In this document: one piece after another, positions 1 to 12,653 of the stretch | How positions within the stretch are numbered: the first letter of the stretch is position 1 | How the letters are laid out: each line of letters begins with the position of its first letter | Assembly (NCBI GenBank): GCA_039545335.1 | Contig: BCIN01000003.1 | Span: forward strand, 186,001-250,000 | From: Kondoa subrosea | Taxonomy: Eukaryota | DNA length: 64,000 nt | Direction of reading: 5' to 3' | Made by a program: the position numbers and the translations under genes | The notes under the pieces: model-generated | The model's input: only the letters and a program-made list of their open reading frames with translations | Database searches by the model: none | What the model was told of the DNA's origin: nothing

Positions 1-238
1 AAATGGGATTGGCAAAGCGATGTCGAGGCTGGAGCAGGTGCTGTGCAAGACGTTACTGAGAAGGTATCGACAATGTAGGCTCAAGATGGGAAACGAGGTC
101 ACATTGTTCTAACCTGGTTATAGTCAGCGATGCTTTCGCTAATCCGCTAAACGGTTGCTAATTGATCGTGATCAGCGATCATCTAAAAATTATCTAGACA
201 GGGTTTGAAATGAACCACAATGCAAATGCTATCTATTT

Positions 239-2371
239 CTACAATTCAGTCTTGTCTACGCTAGCAAACCTGTTGCTGATTCTCTCCCAATTCCGCTGAC
301 ATACATCCACAAGCTTGACGATCCATTCACCCGCTTGTGCATTCCCTCTATATTGCTGCCGCTGACTCCTCTCTTCCGCTGAGGATGATCTCCTCGAAGT
401 AAAAATATTAGCTGCTTTGTTCTGTTTAGGTAATTCTATTGTTCTAGGTTTCGGTCGCTCTTGCTTTGGAGGACCATGTTTAGGAGGCTCTGGGAAGATG
501 ATTTTAGGTTGATATCCTCCATTCAACATTGGGTTAGCGAAATGTATTGTTTCTTTAGCTTTCTTTGTAGCTGATGAAAGAGTTTCCGATATGCTGGAAA
601 GAAGAGGTGATGAGGTAGGTACTTCTATAGACGAAGAGGAAGAAGAGACTGCTTGAGAAGAGACGGAAGACTGAGCTGAAATATCGCCAGCTTTAGATGC
701 GTAAGGAATAGGTGCATCGAGATTGATAGCGCTGTCTCGTTTCGACCAAAGATCACGGAACTTCTCTATCGCTGCTAGACTTTGACTCATTCGGTGTAAG
801 GTATTGAAGAATGCCACAATTTCAGATCGTTTCAAATCTAGATCAGCGAAGCTGCAAGCCATTATCAGATTTTATTTCTATTCACTCAACCCTGAATGCA
901 ACTCACTTGTCATCTGTTCCGAACAGCAGTTTAAGAGCTGTGCCTAGACCAGTCACTTGCAATCCGCCCCAGAGTCTACATTTATCGCATCCGACGCAAT
1001 CCATGATTCTTGAGACGTTTCTAAAGTGATCTCTAAATTCATCTTTCAATGGCTGTCAGTGCAAGGCCCGGTCGTATTAGCTTTACGCCAATATACATCA
1101 TCTGTCGCAACTGACCTGTGCAGCGGAACCTGAAAACATGCCCGTCTCGTCAAAAGTAGGTTCACATTGGTCCACTCTGTCCAAGATGTTGTCCACCATT
1201 TTCCTAGTCTTTTGATCCTCCCTTTCATCTCCAGTACAGAAATCGAATTTCCTTAAAAACGGTGTAGCTTTATCCAAAGCTCTCAACAAGAGAACATAAT
1301 CAAAGTAAACATTTTGCAATCGTTCTGGATGTTCACCAATTCTAGAAATGAAGCAATCCAAGTTAGGTTTCCATTCTCCTGTCGCTTGATCCAAGTATTC
1401 ATCACAAATGTGAATGGAAATTGAAGCGTGTAAACCAGAAATCAAACGATAGTAGACTCTTTTTTCTAAACATTGTTCTTCTTCTTGTTCATCTCTTGGT
1501 CCTTGTAAAGAAGAAAGCAATTGATTCTTCCATGCTGTGTTTGATTTCGAAGGGTTATTGGGAATACCGAAAGATGAAGATGCGAATCCTGTTCCACCTA
1601 ATGTTTTCTCTCTAGCTGATTCCAAGAATGGGGAAGAAGGAGGAGGACCAAAACAGTTTTCTTCGTAGATTGCTTTCCAGACATTATGTGCTGATTCACC
1701 TGCGTAACCAGTGAATCGTTCAGGATTTTGGACTAGATCAAAGTAGAAAGCCGAATCGGATTGTTTGACTTGATTGTCTTCTATTTGACAGAAGTCGGAT
1801 TCGCGAAAGTAACAAGAATCTTCTGTTTCGTCTGAAGTCTGTCAAATGGGTGGATGACAATATGAGCCGTGGTTCATATTATTCTATCTTACCACTGACC
1901 GAGACTTGACTAGCATTTACCCTGGACAATTCAGACAGAGCTTGAGTCCTCCAATGTTCGGGCACATCCTCTTCTGAAATCTCTTGAACCGCGCAAGCCC
2001 GATTCCCACAAAAAGCAGAACTATCTTGCCAAAAGGGGCATTCTCTGAACAGGTCTACTTTCCAATATCGAAAGTATTCCTGCAAGACCAAATCTTCGAG
2101 TTGCAAATGTAGTTCGCGGTTGACTGATTCTATAGTTTCGAAATCACAGCATGCGTCTTGTATGAGTCCAGTTGGCTTGAAGACCACCCATGCAATCAGG
2201 TCAACTCGCCAATGATTGAAGATTGCCACGACTCACTTTACAACTTCTTTGATCTGCTGACGATGAAAGCACGTTCTCCAAGAAGCTAGGACCTTTGGTA
2301 TCTAATTTGAATGCCCTGCATGCTGGTATACAAGCCACAATGAGGTATAAGAGTCCTTCTGGGAGTCGCAT
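239..2371 (-). CDS. ERO1: Endoplasmic reticulum oxidoreductin 1 (spliced)
   Basis: Signal peptide [20 protein letters not shown]; motifs [52 protein letters not shown] and the active-site [15 protein letters not shown] (~960-1020). Confidence 0.95.
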
Positions 2372-2418
2372 CGTTGTTTCAATCCAAAAGAGTTCCCCTT
2401 TGTTTTCAAACGAAGCTC

Positions 2419-2508
2419 GACGTGTCATTACGCAGAGGTGACCTTGTCATGAATATTGACAAGGAGGTGGAAGAGCTCAAGGTATTTCTCACTGACAAAT
2501 TACGTGTC
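2419..2508. promoter_or_regulatory. Two Hac1/UPRE-2-like ACGTGTC elements upstream of ERO1
   Basis: GACGTGTCA at 2419-2427 and TACGTGTC at 2501-2508, 48 and 130 nt upstream of the ERO1 ATG. ERO1 is a canonical UPR target. Confidence 0.45.
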
Positions 2509-2908
2509 GCGTTCAGAAAATTGAATCAGTGCGTAGAGCGAAATCGTGCGCTTGGGCAAGAAAGGAGACTCTGGACTGTATGAAGTGACCTTTGGGTACG
2601 TTTGCACTGGATGACAGCTCGAATTCGCTCATTTCCGCTGTAGTGTTCTCGTGCGAGACGATCGGTGCTCAAACATCTTGTACGTCTCGTTTTCGCTGGC
2701 CTTATGCTTGTCGAATGAATCTACGTATGACAGCGAAGCTCTGGTAGGAACTCTTCGGGCAGCAAAGAAGAGGAAAGTTGTCACGTATGATTCGGAAATG
2801 CTGATGATGGTCAGTAGTGCCTTTTCAATTGCTGTCCACTGATAGTATCAATAGGGAGTTCATGATACGGTGCTTATCAAGCTATTGCAACCGCCAGAAG
2901 GAGCTTGA
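2449..2908 (+). CDS. Costars-domain (ABRACL-like) small actin-regulatory protein, 5 exons
   Basis: Manual splicing gives MNIDKEVEELKSEIVRLGKKGDSGLYEVTFGVLVRDDRCSNIFEALVGTLRAAKKRKVVTYDSEMLMMGVHDTVLIKLLQPPEGA*, matching the Costars consensus. Confidence 0.92.
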
Positions 2909-3269
2909 TGCCCTCTTCTGTTTTGAAGATCTTAGTCTACTTGCCATCTCCAGCTGTCTTTCAATCTTTCACGACTATGACAGCTGTAGATAGCTCGTTT
3001 CGATCTCATTTCATCACTCTGACCAGACCTCTGAGCAAACCCTTTGTGCTGTCCTCTGGAATCGACCTTCTCAGATGTAATATAGACAATCCTACGATCT
3101 CTGCCCCTTTTCTGCAACTAACTCATAGCAGTTTTTCCCTTCCTCTGACTCCGCTCCTACAAAAGAATGACATTCTCTAAGGCAGTGAAAGCTCGGGACC
3201 AGAACTTCCGTTTGTATTTCATGCTTCTAGCCTTTGATCATTAGCTGAACATCTTTGGATACAGCTATA

Positions 3270-4424
3270 TATACAGGGACTCCCTATCAGTTGCATCATC
3301 CTAGCGAACTGGATCTTAAGGATGAAATTGGCTGGATAACAAGGGCTTTCAATCATGCCGGACTGGCTGTTCACGTCTATCATCAATCATAGACAGAAGA
3401 GACTCATCACGCGGGTCATCTCCCTAATTTGTCTGACTCAACGGCACGACTTGATTTTTTCACGAGAACGGCCAGCGGGCGGTACGAATGGACTGGTTAT
3501 GAGAATGTAAAGTCTCTCTCTTGAAACACTGTTCTGCAGGAAGCTCATCAATCACTTTATGTATAGCATGTTCGCTGTTCTCTCTATGAAGACCTGGGTG
3601 AAGGCACCTATTATATCCTGGCTACACGCCAAAATCCTCATCTCGACAAAAATCCGGATCCTCATCTACCAGTTCTTGCAGCCTATGCTTATCTACAGAG
3701 AGGTCTGCGCCAAGAGGGAAATTCAATAGCTTATGACGCTTGGCATGCTCATCTTTGGATCGACCATGGTCTGCGTGGCATACATTGGCCTGTCGATAAT
3801 CCAGATGCTGGACACCCAGTTGCCTGCTCTATCTACACACTCCTGATTGATCTGATGCATCTGAATTCGCTCCACGTCGCGGGAAGATTAGTCTGCTTTA
3901 TAATTTCCGCCAATCCATCAAGCATGCTTGCTTTGCGTCCCTGGCTGTACAGATATGATGGATTGAGCAACCCTAGTGCCGAACAGCTCAAGCACGCTGA
4001 CCGTCGTATTACCACTCCTGGGCAGCTCGTGTCCAAACAGCAACTTGTGGCAGCCGAGCATTATCGCAACAAGTTCTACGAAGCAGTCCCAGACAAAGAA
4101 GGTCTCCACGAGGCCTTTGCTTATGATGATGCATTCTGGCTTTATTCGCTCGAGGTTAATTTTGAGCGCGAATTCAAGCATGATTGTTCGGATCTACCTC
4201 TGACTCGCTATCGCCTAGATGAAAGGGGCTGTAAGCGTCTTCGACGTGATCCTTGTACCGTTCAATATTGATATCGAGTCAAACCTACAGGCGAGCATTC
4301 AATTAGTCTGGATATCTGCGATGCTTGCAAGCACAACTATGAAACGCTCATAGAACACAAGCAAATGATTCTGCACCAAACTCCAGAGGGCCAGCATTTC
4401 AGATACCCACGCTTGTCGCAATGA
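3270..4424 (+). pseudogene. Orphan gene remnant with two in-frame stops
   Basis: One reading frame across a phase-0 GT-AG intron (3507-3566), interrupted by TAG 3390-3392 and TGA 4269-4271, continuing 50 more codons to TGA 4422-4424. 5' end not resolved. Confidence 0.5.
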
Positions 4425-4653
4425 GAGATGCGGCTGCAGCTTGCTCAGCAGGGGCACGTTGAGGTATTGCAAGGTCGCCGTACATAGATTTATTGTACAT
4501 TATCCTGATTGTTTATCTCGCTTAGGCTCAAGCAAATGAAAAGACGTTTCTGAAGCCGACCGGACGAGATGCATGGGGCTCTCGAAACGATAAGACATCT
4601 GTACATTGAAATGCGTGTGCAACAAAACTTGATATAACACTTCTAAATCGAAT

Positions 4654-6378
4654 CTACTTGTGCTTCTTACAACCTGCCTTGAAATCGCCAAAGGCTTCTT
4701 TCTTGCTGAGGTAGAATTGCCTAAAGTCCTCAATTGGGCATCTAACGCAAACAGTCAGGAAAAGCTCAAAACCAAGTAAGAAAATCGCGCTCACGTTTCT
4801 CCAGGACCCGAATCGCAACCGGGAATACCAACATAAGCCTCATTGACCAAAACTCGAACATAATCTTTCTCTCCCTCTGCTTCTTGTGAACAATGAATTC
4901 GTTCTAAAGCTACATGACCCAAGAATGGAATAATTCGAGATGATCTCCATGATCGATCGGGATTAATATAATTCAGAGGCAAAGCTCCTTTCTTGTCCTT
5001 GAAAAGACCGAGAGTGACTAAAACGACTGGTATTTCTTCTCGATGAGTGAAATAGAAGAAGAGATTTTGATAGGCCTGTGAAGTAGACATATAGCTATCA
5101 GTTAGGAATGCAACAAAGCTGAAAGAGTACACACAGTAGTGTTCGGCGGCTTGCTTGGTTCTGGAATCAAATCGGAAGAGAAGTCAGGGTGACCAGTAGG
5201 GGTCAACAAGTGATGGGTGGCTGTGCTCAACCAGGGAAAGCCTAGATATGGAGCTGTATCTGAGCCATAACCGACCATCTTATTGCTAGAGCACAAATCA
5301 GCCCAAGTCAGTACTCGCTCAACGAAACTTACTAATGCAAGTCCTGAGCATACTCAAATCCAAGCCAATCTTCTTTGGTGAAGAGGTCGCATATGGGGCT
5401 AGATCCATTGATAACCGATTCATAGCCTGTCAGAAAACGTCAAATGTCAATCAGCGAAAGCTGAAATGCATCTGCACTACTGACCGCAAAGCATTTGCAG
5501 ACCAACAATATCATTACTCTTAAAGCCAAACCCTGGTAACGCTTTCTCAAATCGCTTTATGGCAGGTTTGGTGTAGATCTTCTCAAAATGTTCCTTATCG
5601 GATTTTCCATTCTTCTTCGTGAAAGCATCGCAGATTTTCTATATTGCTTTGTCAGATCTTAATTCGGTTGTATGAGAGAGAAAAGCATACATGAGGAGTC
5701 AAAGATCCAGCCCAACCTTTTGGTGCGGCCAGAGGAACTTGAATTAGTTTGACATGATCATCGCCCGTCCCATTGTTGGCATGCGTAGGTACGATGCCTT
5801 TGATGAATTCTCTGGCAGTATTGACATCTCTACTTGCATCCGCAGCCCAGAACTCGAATCTGAAATAAGGTGAGCTCAACTTCAGCTCCGACTACATATC
5901 GGCATTGAATAGGTTCAACACACGGTTCGGTATTGTTAGGTAATAAATGAGGGTAGAGATCCTTCATTCTCGATCCAAGAAATTTAGCATCTTCACCACC
6001 AGGTCCAGTCATTTTCTCCAAATTGTCATCATTGACAGGTGAAACCCAATCTTTCAAGAATCGTAACGGATTATTCTTCTTGCTCGCTTTCTTCCATTTG
6101 TACTTGTTCAACTTCTTAATTACCGGTTTACTGTAATCGTCCCATTCATCATCATTGAAGGTGATTGCGGAATGTCGAACGAGGTAAGCTGCAGTGATGA
6201 CTTCGCAATTCTCAGGTGGTGAGTTGGCTTGTCCTCCAGCTGGCCAGTAAGGAGAAATACCAGCCATATGATGTCTAGGATCGAATTCTTCTTTCGAGGC
6301 TTGGAATGGTATCTGAGCTGGACTAGTCGCGGCCAAGCCAGCAAACAGTAGACATAGTGTTATGCTACTGGATATCAT
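4654..6378 (-). CDS. Secreted histidine acid phosphatase / phytase-like (spliced)
   Basis: Signal peptide; HMAGISPYW, YLVRHSAITFNDDE (variant of RHGxRxP), FYFTHREE, WRSSRIIPFLGHVALER, YVRVLVNE..CDSGPGETCP. Confidence 0.88.
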
Positions 6379-6463
6379 GATCTGGTATCACTTTGCTTCT
6401 ACTGCCAAATGGTTGGCTGTGCAATGAAGAAATGACATCGGTACCCAAAGCTTGTTTACACAG

Positions 6464-7492
6464 TTATCCGATAGCACTCCAATTGACCTTGAGCCTGCTC
6501 TTAATCAAGGCAGCCTTATCCATCACTTCTTCTTCTTCATTCACGTCCTCCTTTAATTTCGATCCCACTTCCTTCTTGACCGATGAAGGTGGTTTGAAGC
6601 TTTTGCTTGATTTTTGTATTTTGAAAGGCTTCAACCCATTCTTAGGCGTAGAAGGTTCGCGATCTCCTTTCAACAAAGCTTGCAAGCGAGCTGAAGCGCC
6701 ATTAGATTGATTGTAAGGTGATGGACCAACACCTTCATCTCCCGAATCATTATCATCATCTAAGTAAGATAGATCATTAACAGAATCGCATTCCTCTTTT
6801 TCCCACTTGGAAGTAGATCGATTGAGGGAAGAAGGTTTATATTGCGAGGCTTTGTTCGATCGTTGTAAAGGTGTAAAAGATTTCTTCATGACAATGGGTG
6901 ATTTGGATGTAGATGCGATAGGTGATTCAGTACGGAACCGTTTAACGCTACCAGGGGTTTTCGAGTCCTCTTCAGTTATGAAATCTCGTACTCGTTTCTT
7001 TGCATCTTTCTTTGCGTCTTGTAATTCCGTTAGATCCTATACAGATATCTGAGATATGTAGACATGGAATGCGAACATAGCGCTCACAGCGATACTTTCT
7101 GACTCAAAGTCTTCCACTAAGACATGAAGATTGCCTATCCGTAATTCGAAGTTGGCAGGAAGGAAGAAATTGGCAGGAAGACTGGGCTACATGTGTCGAT
7201 TCAGAATGACGCAAATCTCGATAACAGAAAGCACTCACTGAGGGGTTGACAGAATGCGGTACAAAGGTTTGATCCAGTGGAGCGAAAGAAGAGTCCAATA
7301 GGACCAGGACTTTGTTCAAATGATGGACAGAGACATAGCCTGCGTGCAACATGCATCAGCATAAGCTATACATCGCATGTCAAACGATTCACCATCATGA
7401 AATTTCTTGGTCTTCTTGTGCAGATCTGGCGTGTAGGTACAGCTGTATCGCCTCACAAGAGCTAGTGGTACCTTCTTCAAATGACTTGACAT
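6464..7492 (-). CDS. DUF2439 (Mte1/Dbl2/ZGRF1 N-terminal-like) domain protein with low-complexity tail
   Basis: Spliced N-terminus RRYSCTYTPDLHKKTKKFHDGYVSVHHLNKVLVLLD...VLVEDFESESIADLTEL resembles the DUF2439 pattern; joins ORF 6464-6889. Confidence 0.7.
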
Positions 7493-7734
7493 GCTTTTCA
7501 GCAATTCATAGCTCCTAGTGAAGGCAAGATTGCTTGTTCGCGAAAAACAACAATGACGAATTACGTAAGCGAGACAGTGCTCACAATACCCAAACATATA
7601 ATTCACTATAGTGCTATGTACAAGAGCGAGAATTTGATAAACGAGTGATGTAAGAAAATACCACATAGAGCAAACCGAGAACCCAAGAAGAACAGTAATA
7701 GTACAGTTACCACCAAAATTTCCGCAAACTAGGA

Positions 7735-10700
7735 TCAAGCTTCATAGATACCCATCATCTACAGCAACTCAAAGTCAGCAAACAGTCAAGAATCAGCAAA
7801 AATTTAAAACTGACCTCGTCCCTGAAGAAGGAGCTATCGGACATTTCGTTCAATTGACGAGAATAGAAACCATCAACCGCTCTTCTAGCTTCGCGAGAAG
7901 TTTGAGATCGAAGCTCAGCGCTTTGACGATCAGCTTCAGTTTGGAAAGTTGCAGTGTTGAGCGTAGCGTCAGCCGTAGTAGGCCGAAGAGTGGATCCGCT
8001 CTTGCGTCTAGATGCAACAGGTGGAGGCGTGGCCAAAGATTGCGCAGTGTTGGGTCGAGAAGGAGAAGTGGAAGAAGCAGTGGTAGGTCGCAAAGCATTG
8101 GTAACAACTTCTGGCAAATCAAAAGTGCGACGAGGTGGTGAATAAGCTGGAGGAATTCCTTTTTGAGTAATAGATCCAGAAGAAGAAGAGGGAGTGATTG
8201 GAGTGGAAGGCATTTCAGGAGCAGTTTTAGGTCGAGCAGAAGAAGTATTGACGTTGGCAGGTAAACTGTTTCGAGCTGCCTTTAAGCGTTCCATTTGACC
8301 TCGAAGTCCCATATTGGTCAGACCAATATTTTCCGCAGACTTTTCAGCTTCGGCAGCCGTAGCAGCCTTTTCCAAATCACCAGAAGGACTTCGACCAAGT
8401 TTGGGAATCCAATTCTTTGCATCAAACAAACTCTTCTCCTTCGCCTCATCGTTTTCTTCAGTGATAGCATTGAAAGAAGGAATATGCTTGACTGAAGGAC
8501 TCATGCTGACATCGGTAGGGTAGGAGCGAGATAGATCCAGTCGCGCTTGACGGAAGAAAGCTCGACTTGTAGGACCACGAATGAGCATAACTTGAGTCTT
8601 GTTGAAGAGTGAGAAGGGAGTGAAGACAAATGAATTCTTGCCAGGCTGATCAGCCATTGTCACCAAAGAGCCATGAGATTCTGGTAAACGAAGCTTGCCA
8701 CTGTCTCTAAGATGAGCTGGAAGAGCTTCGGGCAAGATGACTAAGTTAAAAGTAGAATTAGCTATCCGCAACTATGGCACAGTCAAGTACTTACCATGGA
8801 ACATCACAGTCTGAGCAACAGCAGTCGAATCATCGTGTGAAGAAGGTGTTTCCAGGACTTCAGCGGAGATGCGAGCAACGGAAGCGAGTTGAGGCCAGAC
8901 AGCCATGGCCTCAGTCAAGCATTCCAGAGCGATAAAGAAGGAAGCTTGGAAAATAGCCAGTTCTTCAGATTGGTCAATAGCTGCACCTGGAGTACTGCAT
9001 TGAAGAGTATGGCGGGTACTGGCTTCATCACAAGCTTCCGAAACTTCGGTGAGCGTACAATTGCGTAAGTTGGAAAGCCAAGTTTTGATTTCCGGTGTAA
9101 TACACTTGACATCAGGAATGCGGAAAGCTGGAACTTGGTGTCTTGCAAATTGATAGACCAAGACTTCACATCCACCAGATTTGGAGAGAGAAGGGCGGAT
9201 TGCGAAAATTCCTGCATAAACCCCTCCAGCTTGAACAACAGATCGAGTTCCTCTCTTAGCATAAGATTTGAGTTGATCCAAAGACTCGCAAAGAAGTTCT
9301 TTGTCGATACCTAGTCGATCAGAAAGAAGTGGAGCCAAGAATCGGGTTTCACTGATTCGGAAACCTCTGGAAAGGTAGCGTTGAAGGTTGTCTGGGCCAT
9401 GATCTGGCAGTTCTTTGACCAAAACGAGCATCACACCCTCCGAGCCAGGTCCTCGAACAGCTTCTGTTGAGTACATTGATGATCGGTCGTCTTGACGAGT
9501 TCGAGTACGTTGAAGCTTGTTTGCTGTTTCCGGGTTCCCGATAGGTAACATCTTATCGAAGAGAATACCGACGTTGTTGATAGGTACACCAAATTCATTA
9601 GCCAAAGATTGAGATGCTTCGACAAAAGCTTCTTTCAGATACTTGACATCACCAACTCTTGGCCCAGCTGGTGATTTCTCAGCACCAATAGATCGAGCGT
9701 AGATACGTGGCATGAAAGGTTCCAGGACTGCCCAGTCCCAAGAAACGCGGAAGAGCCATTGGAAAGTAGGTTCTCGAATATCGAGTTCTGCATAAATATT
9801 CTATAGATAATCATCAGCCCTGACATCAATGAGACAGGACAGACTAACTCGAAGAGGAATATCGGTATCGATGACCTTTAATGGTAAACTGCCATCCGAT
9901 CTGACCAACAGCCTTCCAGCCTTATCGAAAGTAGCTGAAGCGACCACGATTTGCCGAGCATTTCTTCTATAAGCTCTTCGAAGGAGAACCTCATAGAAAG
10001 CGAAAATGATAGCAATCAAGCAAAGACCGAAACACATTACAGCAATAGCAATGGTTAGAATATTGGATTGTCTTTTGCCAATACCGATTGCGTTGATTGT
10101 TCCAGGTCTAACGGTCCAAGAAGTACCAACGAGAGCGACGTAATGCATGCCTGATACTGCGATAGCCATAATCGAAGCGCAAATGAGTCGTTTCCACCAA
10201 TTGTCTTCCCATTGATTGCGCCATCTGAAGAAGCAGAGCAGAGCTGCAGTAGATGCGACACAAGCTATGATGATGGATGCGATCATACTGCCAATGTTGT
10301 ATCTCGCAGCGAAAGTAGCGTTGAAGGATGCTGAGAAGTGCATGAGTGCTACGATCCCACCAAATACGAAGCCAGCAATCTAGCGGTCGAATATAAGGAA
10401 GGCATCTGATAAGGCTAAAAATATGAAAGACTCACGCAAATTCGAACATAGTCAACTTTAGTTTGACCACCCAAGAAAAGAAAGACGAAAGAGAGTGTAG
10501 CCAAAGGAACGAATAGAGACATGACAGTATAGCTAAATTTCTGTCAGTGTCAGGACAGGCGGCGAGGATGAATGGTGGCTTACCCAGGATTGAAGCCAAT
10601 ATACCAAATCACATCTGGAGCAGGATGAAGACGAACATGCATGCCAATCTTCAGATGTCGAAGTAAGTTCTTGGATTTTATAGAAGAAGTGTGCCAAGCT

Positions 10701-11066
10701 TACAAAGTGCATTCCCTATTGAGCGCAATGAGCTGACGAAAGTATAGTTCCGAGCCAGACACTTACCCAAATACCAGTAGAAGCCATGGTACCAGCCGCA
10801 GCAATCAACATGGCCCACTACCGTTAGAAAAACACGTCAGTATCATTCTTTCGCATTTCAGGGGTAAGAACATGACAAACATTCTTCAATCCCTTATTGT
10901 GGGTTTGTCTTCCCAGTAGAAGCAGAGAGGTATAGCAGCCCAGCAGAGAGACCAGAAAGGATCCTATGATAACTCCGGCATTGTAGACTAAAGGAATCGC
11001 GTGTGTTTGGTAGTACATTGCGAGTGCTTGCTGGTTGGTGACATCTAGGTCGACGGGCAGAGGCAT
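7735..11066 (-). CDS. MHYT-domain integral membrane signalling protein
   Basis: Repeated MHYT-type motifs GIWGMHF (on a 13-nt micro-exon near 10704-10716), ALMHFS and VSGMHY with TM helices; long cytoplasmic region (QIVVASATFDKAGRLLVRSDG) and Ser/Thr/Pro-rich tail. Confidence 0.85.
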
Positions 11067-11492
11067 ACTGACAAGATGAACAAGATGAAGGTGGTTGAGA
11101 GGAGAAGAGCAAGAGCTAGGTAAGGTTTAAACCCAAAGACAGACTGCCGGGAAAGTGCATGAAATCGCCCAATCGAAGTGTGAAAGGGAATAGAAACATT
11201 AGCGCGCGAGGAAGAAATCTGCATCGATCACTCTACAAAGGACCAAGGCAAATTGACCGTGGGATCCCTGATAGATCAAGACCTTCAGTTGAAGTTGGAT
11301 TTGAGAAGTGCATCAAGTGCCGAGGCAGACAACGCAATGGAACTCCATTGTACTTAAGCAAACATTGCGAATGGCCGTGGCTGTAGCGAGAGCATATAGC
11401 ACTCAAGAGAAATTCACACTTGGCTGGATTCGCACTATTTACAAAACAAAGTCCGTTTTTACAAAAGGACATAATGTCCGTTAACTCTCGAC

Positions 11493-12653
11493 ATGAGCCG
11501 ATGTGAACGGTCTCCTCATATCAGGAAGTTCCTAAAAGAAACAATTGAAAGGAATAGCAACGCAAACCTTCAAGAACCTCTAAGTACTAGCGAAGACTTA
11601 GGCACGATGTGCCTTCAGTGGGCAAGTCAAGTGGTCCCACCTTTAAATGATTCAGGCGAGGAATGGGTAGACGTAGACGAGCTGTCTTTTGAGATGTCGA
11701 TCGACCCAGAGGGTCATGCACCAACGAGCAGCACTTCATCAACATCCTCTAGATCTGCTTCCACATCCGACTCTCGTCGCAGGTCCAAATTGAAGAAAAC
11801 GGCTCCCATTGGCTCCGATGGTGTAGTGGCGATAGTGGATTTCGAGGCGTATGAAAAGAGCACCCGAAACGTACGCGTTGTCTGTTTCATCATCTCGGGT
11901 CATGCTTACTTGCGTTGGCAGTATTATCACCAGAGTAGGGCAGAGAGCGATCGGCGGGCAGCAGAGAGAGAGGCGCAAATAGCGGATCTTCGTTTTCAGG
12001 TGAAGGTCGAGGAAGTTGAACGTTTGAAGGCAGAGGCGGCACGTTTGAAGGCAGAGGCGGCACAGTTGAAGGCAGAGGCGAAGCTGAAGGACGTGGAAGT
12101 TGCACGTTTGGAGACAGAAACAAAGAGGAAAGAAGACATCATCTTAGACTGGCAAATATCCGATAAAGTTGTGCAAGGTACGATCCAGTCAAAGCCTCCT
12201 CCGGTTGCTTCTTGTCTCATAGCTTGCTACAGCGATAACCGCATGGATGAAAGCTCAACCTGAATGGAACAATGAAATGGATGACGTGTCTCGTAGGCTC
12301 GCATTAGGTTTACAGAGGCCAGTGTGCTGATCTGAGCTACAGTGCGCCAAGTCTTTCGAGAAGACCGCACAACAGCTTTGCTGCGGGATATGCTGCGTAT
12401 TCTTGATAATCTGCCAAGGGCTGTCTTAGACCTCACGAAAGCCGCGTGTCTCGTTCTGAACAAGCACAACGCTCAAGCACGACATGATCTCTGTCATCCC
12501 AAGACTGATAAGCAAGCGTTGCATGTCTTTGCAGCACAAAAGTTGGACGTCAACGACACCGCCCTCAATGAAGCAGTCAATTTTGTTGCGACACAGAAGA
12601 TTTATACTACCCTTTCCTACGATGATCCGGTTGAGGCGTTCCCAAACTCCTAG
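11493..12653 (+). CDS. Hypothetical orphan protein with coiled-coil heptad repeats (spliced; 3' end uncertain)
   Basis: ORFs 11493-12263 and 12342-12653 joined by plausible GT-AG introns; ERLKAEAARLKAEAAQLKAEAKLK. Confidence 0.5.
12021..12083 (+). repeat. 21-bp coding tandem repeat x3
   Basis: cgtttgaaggcagaggcggca / cgtttgaaggcagaggcggca / cagttgaaggcagaggcgaag. Confidence 0.9.

Noticed and set aside
8771..8774. Abutting ORFs 8772-9713 and 7755-8771 as stop-codon read-through
   Set aside because: The stop lies inside a normal GT-AG intron of the MHYT gene.
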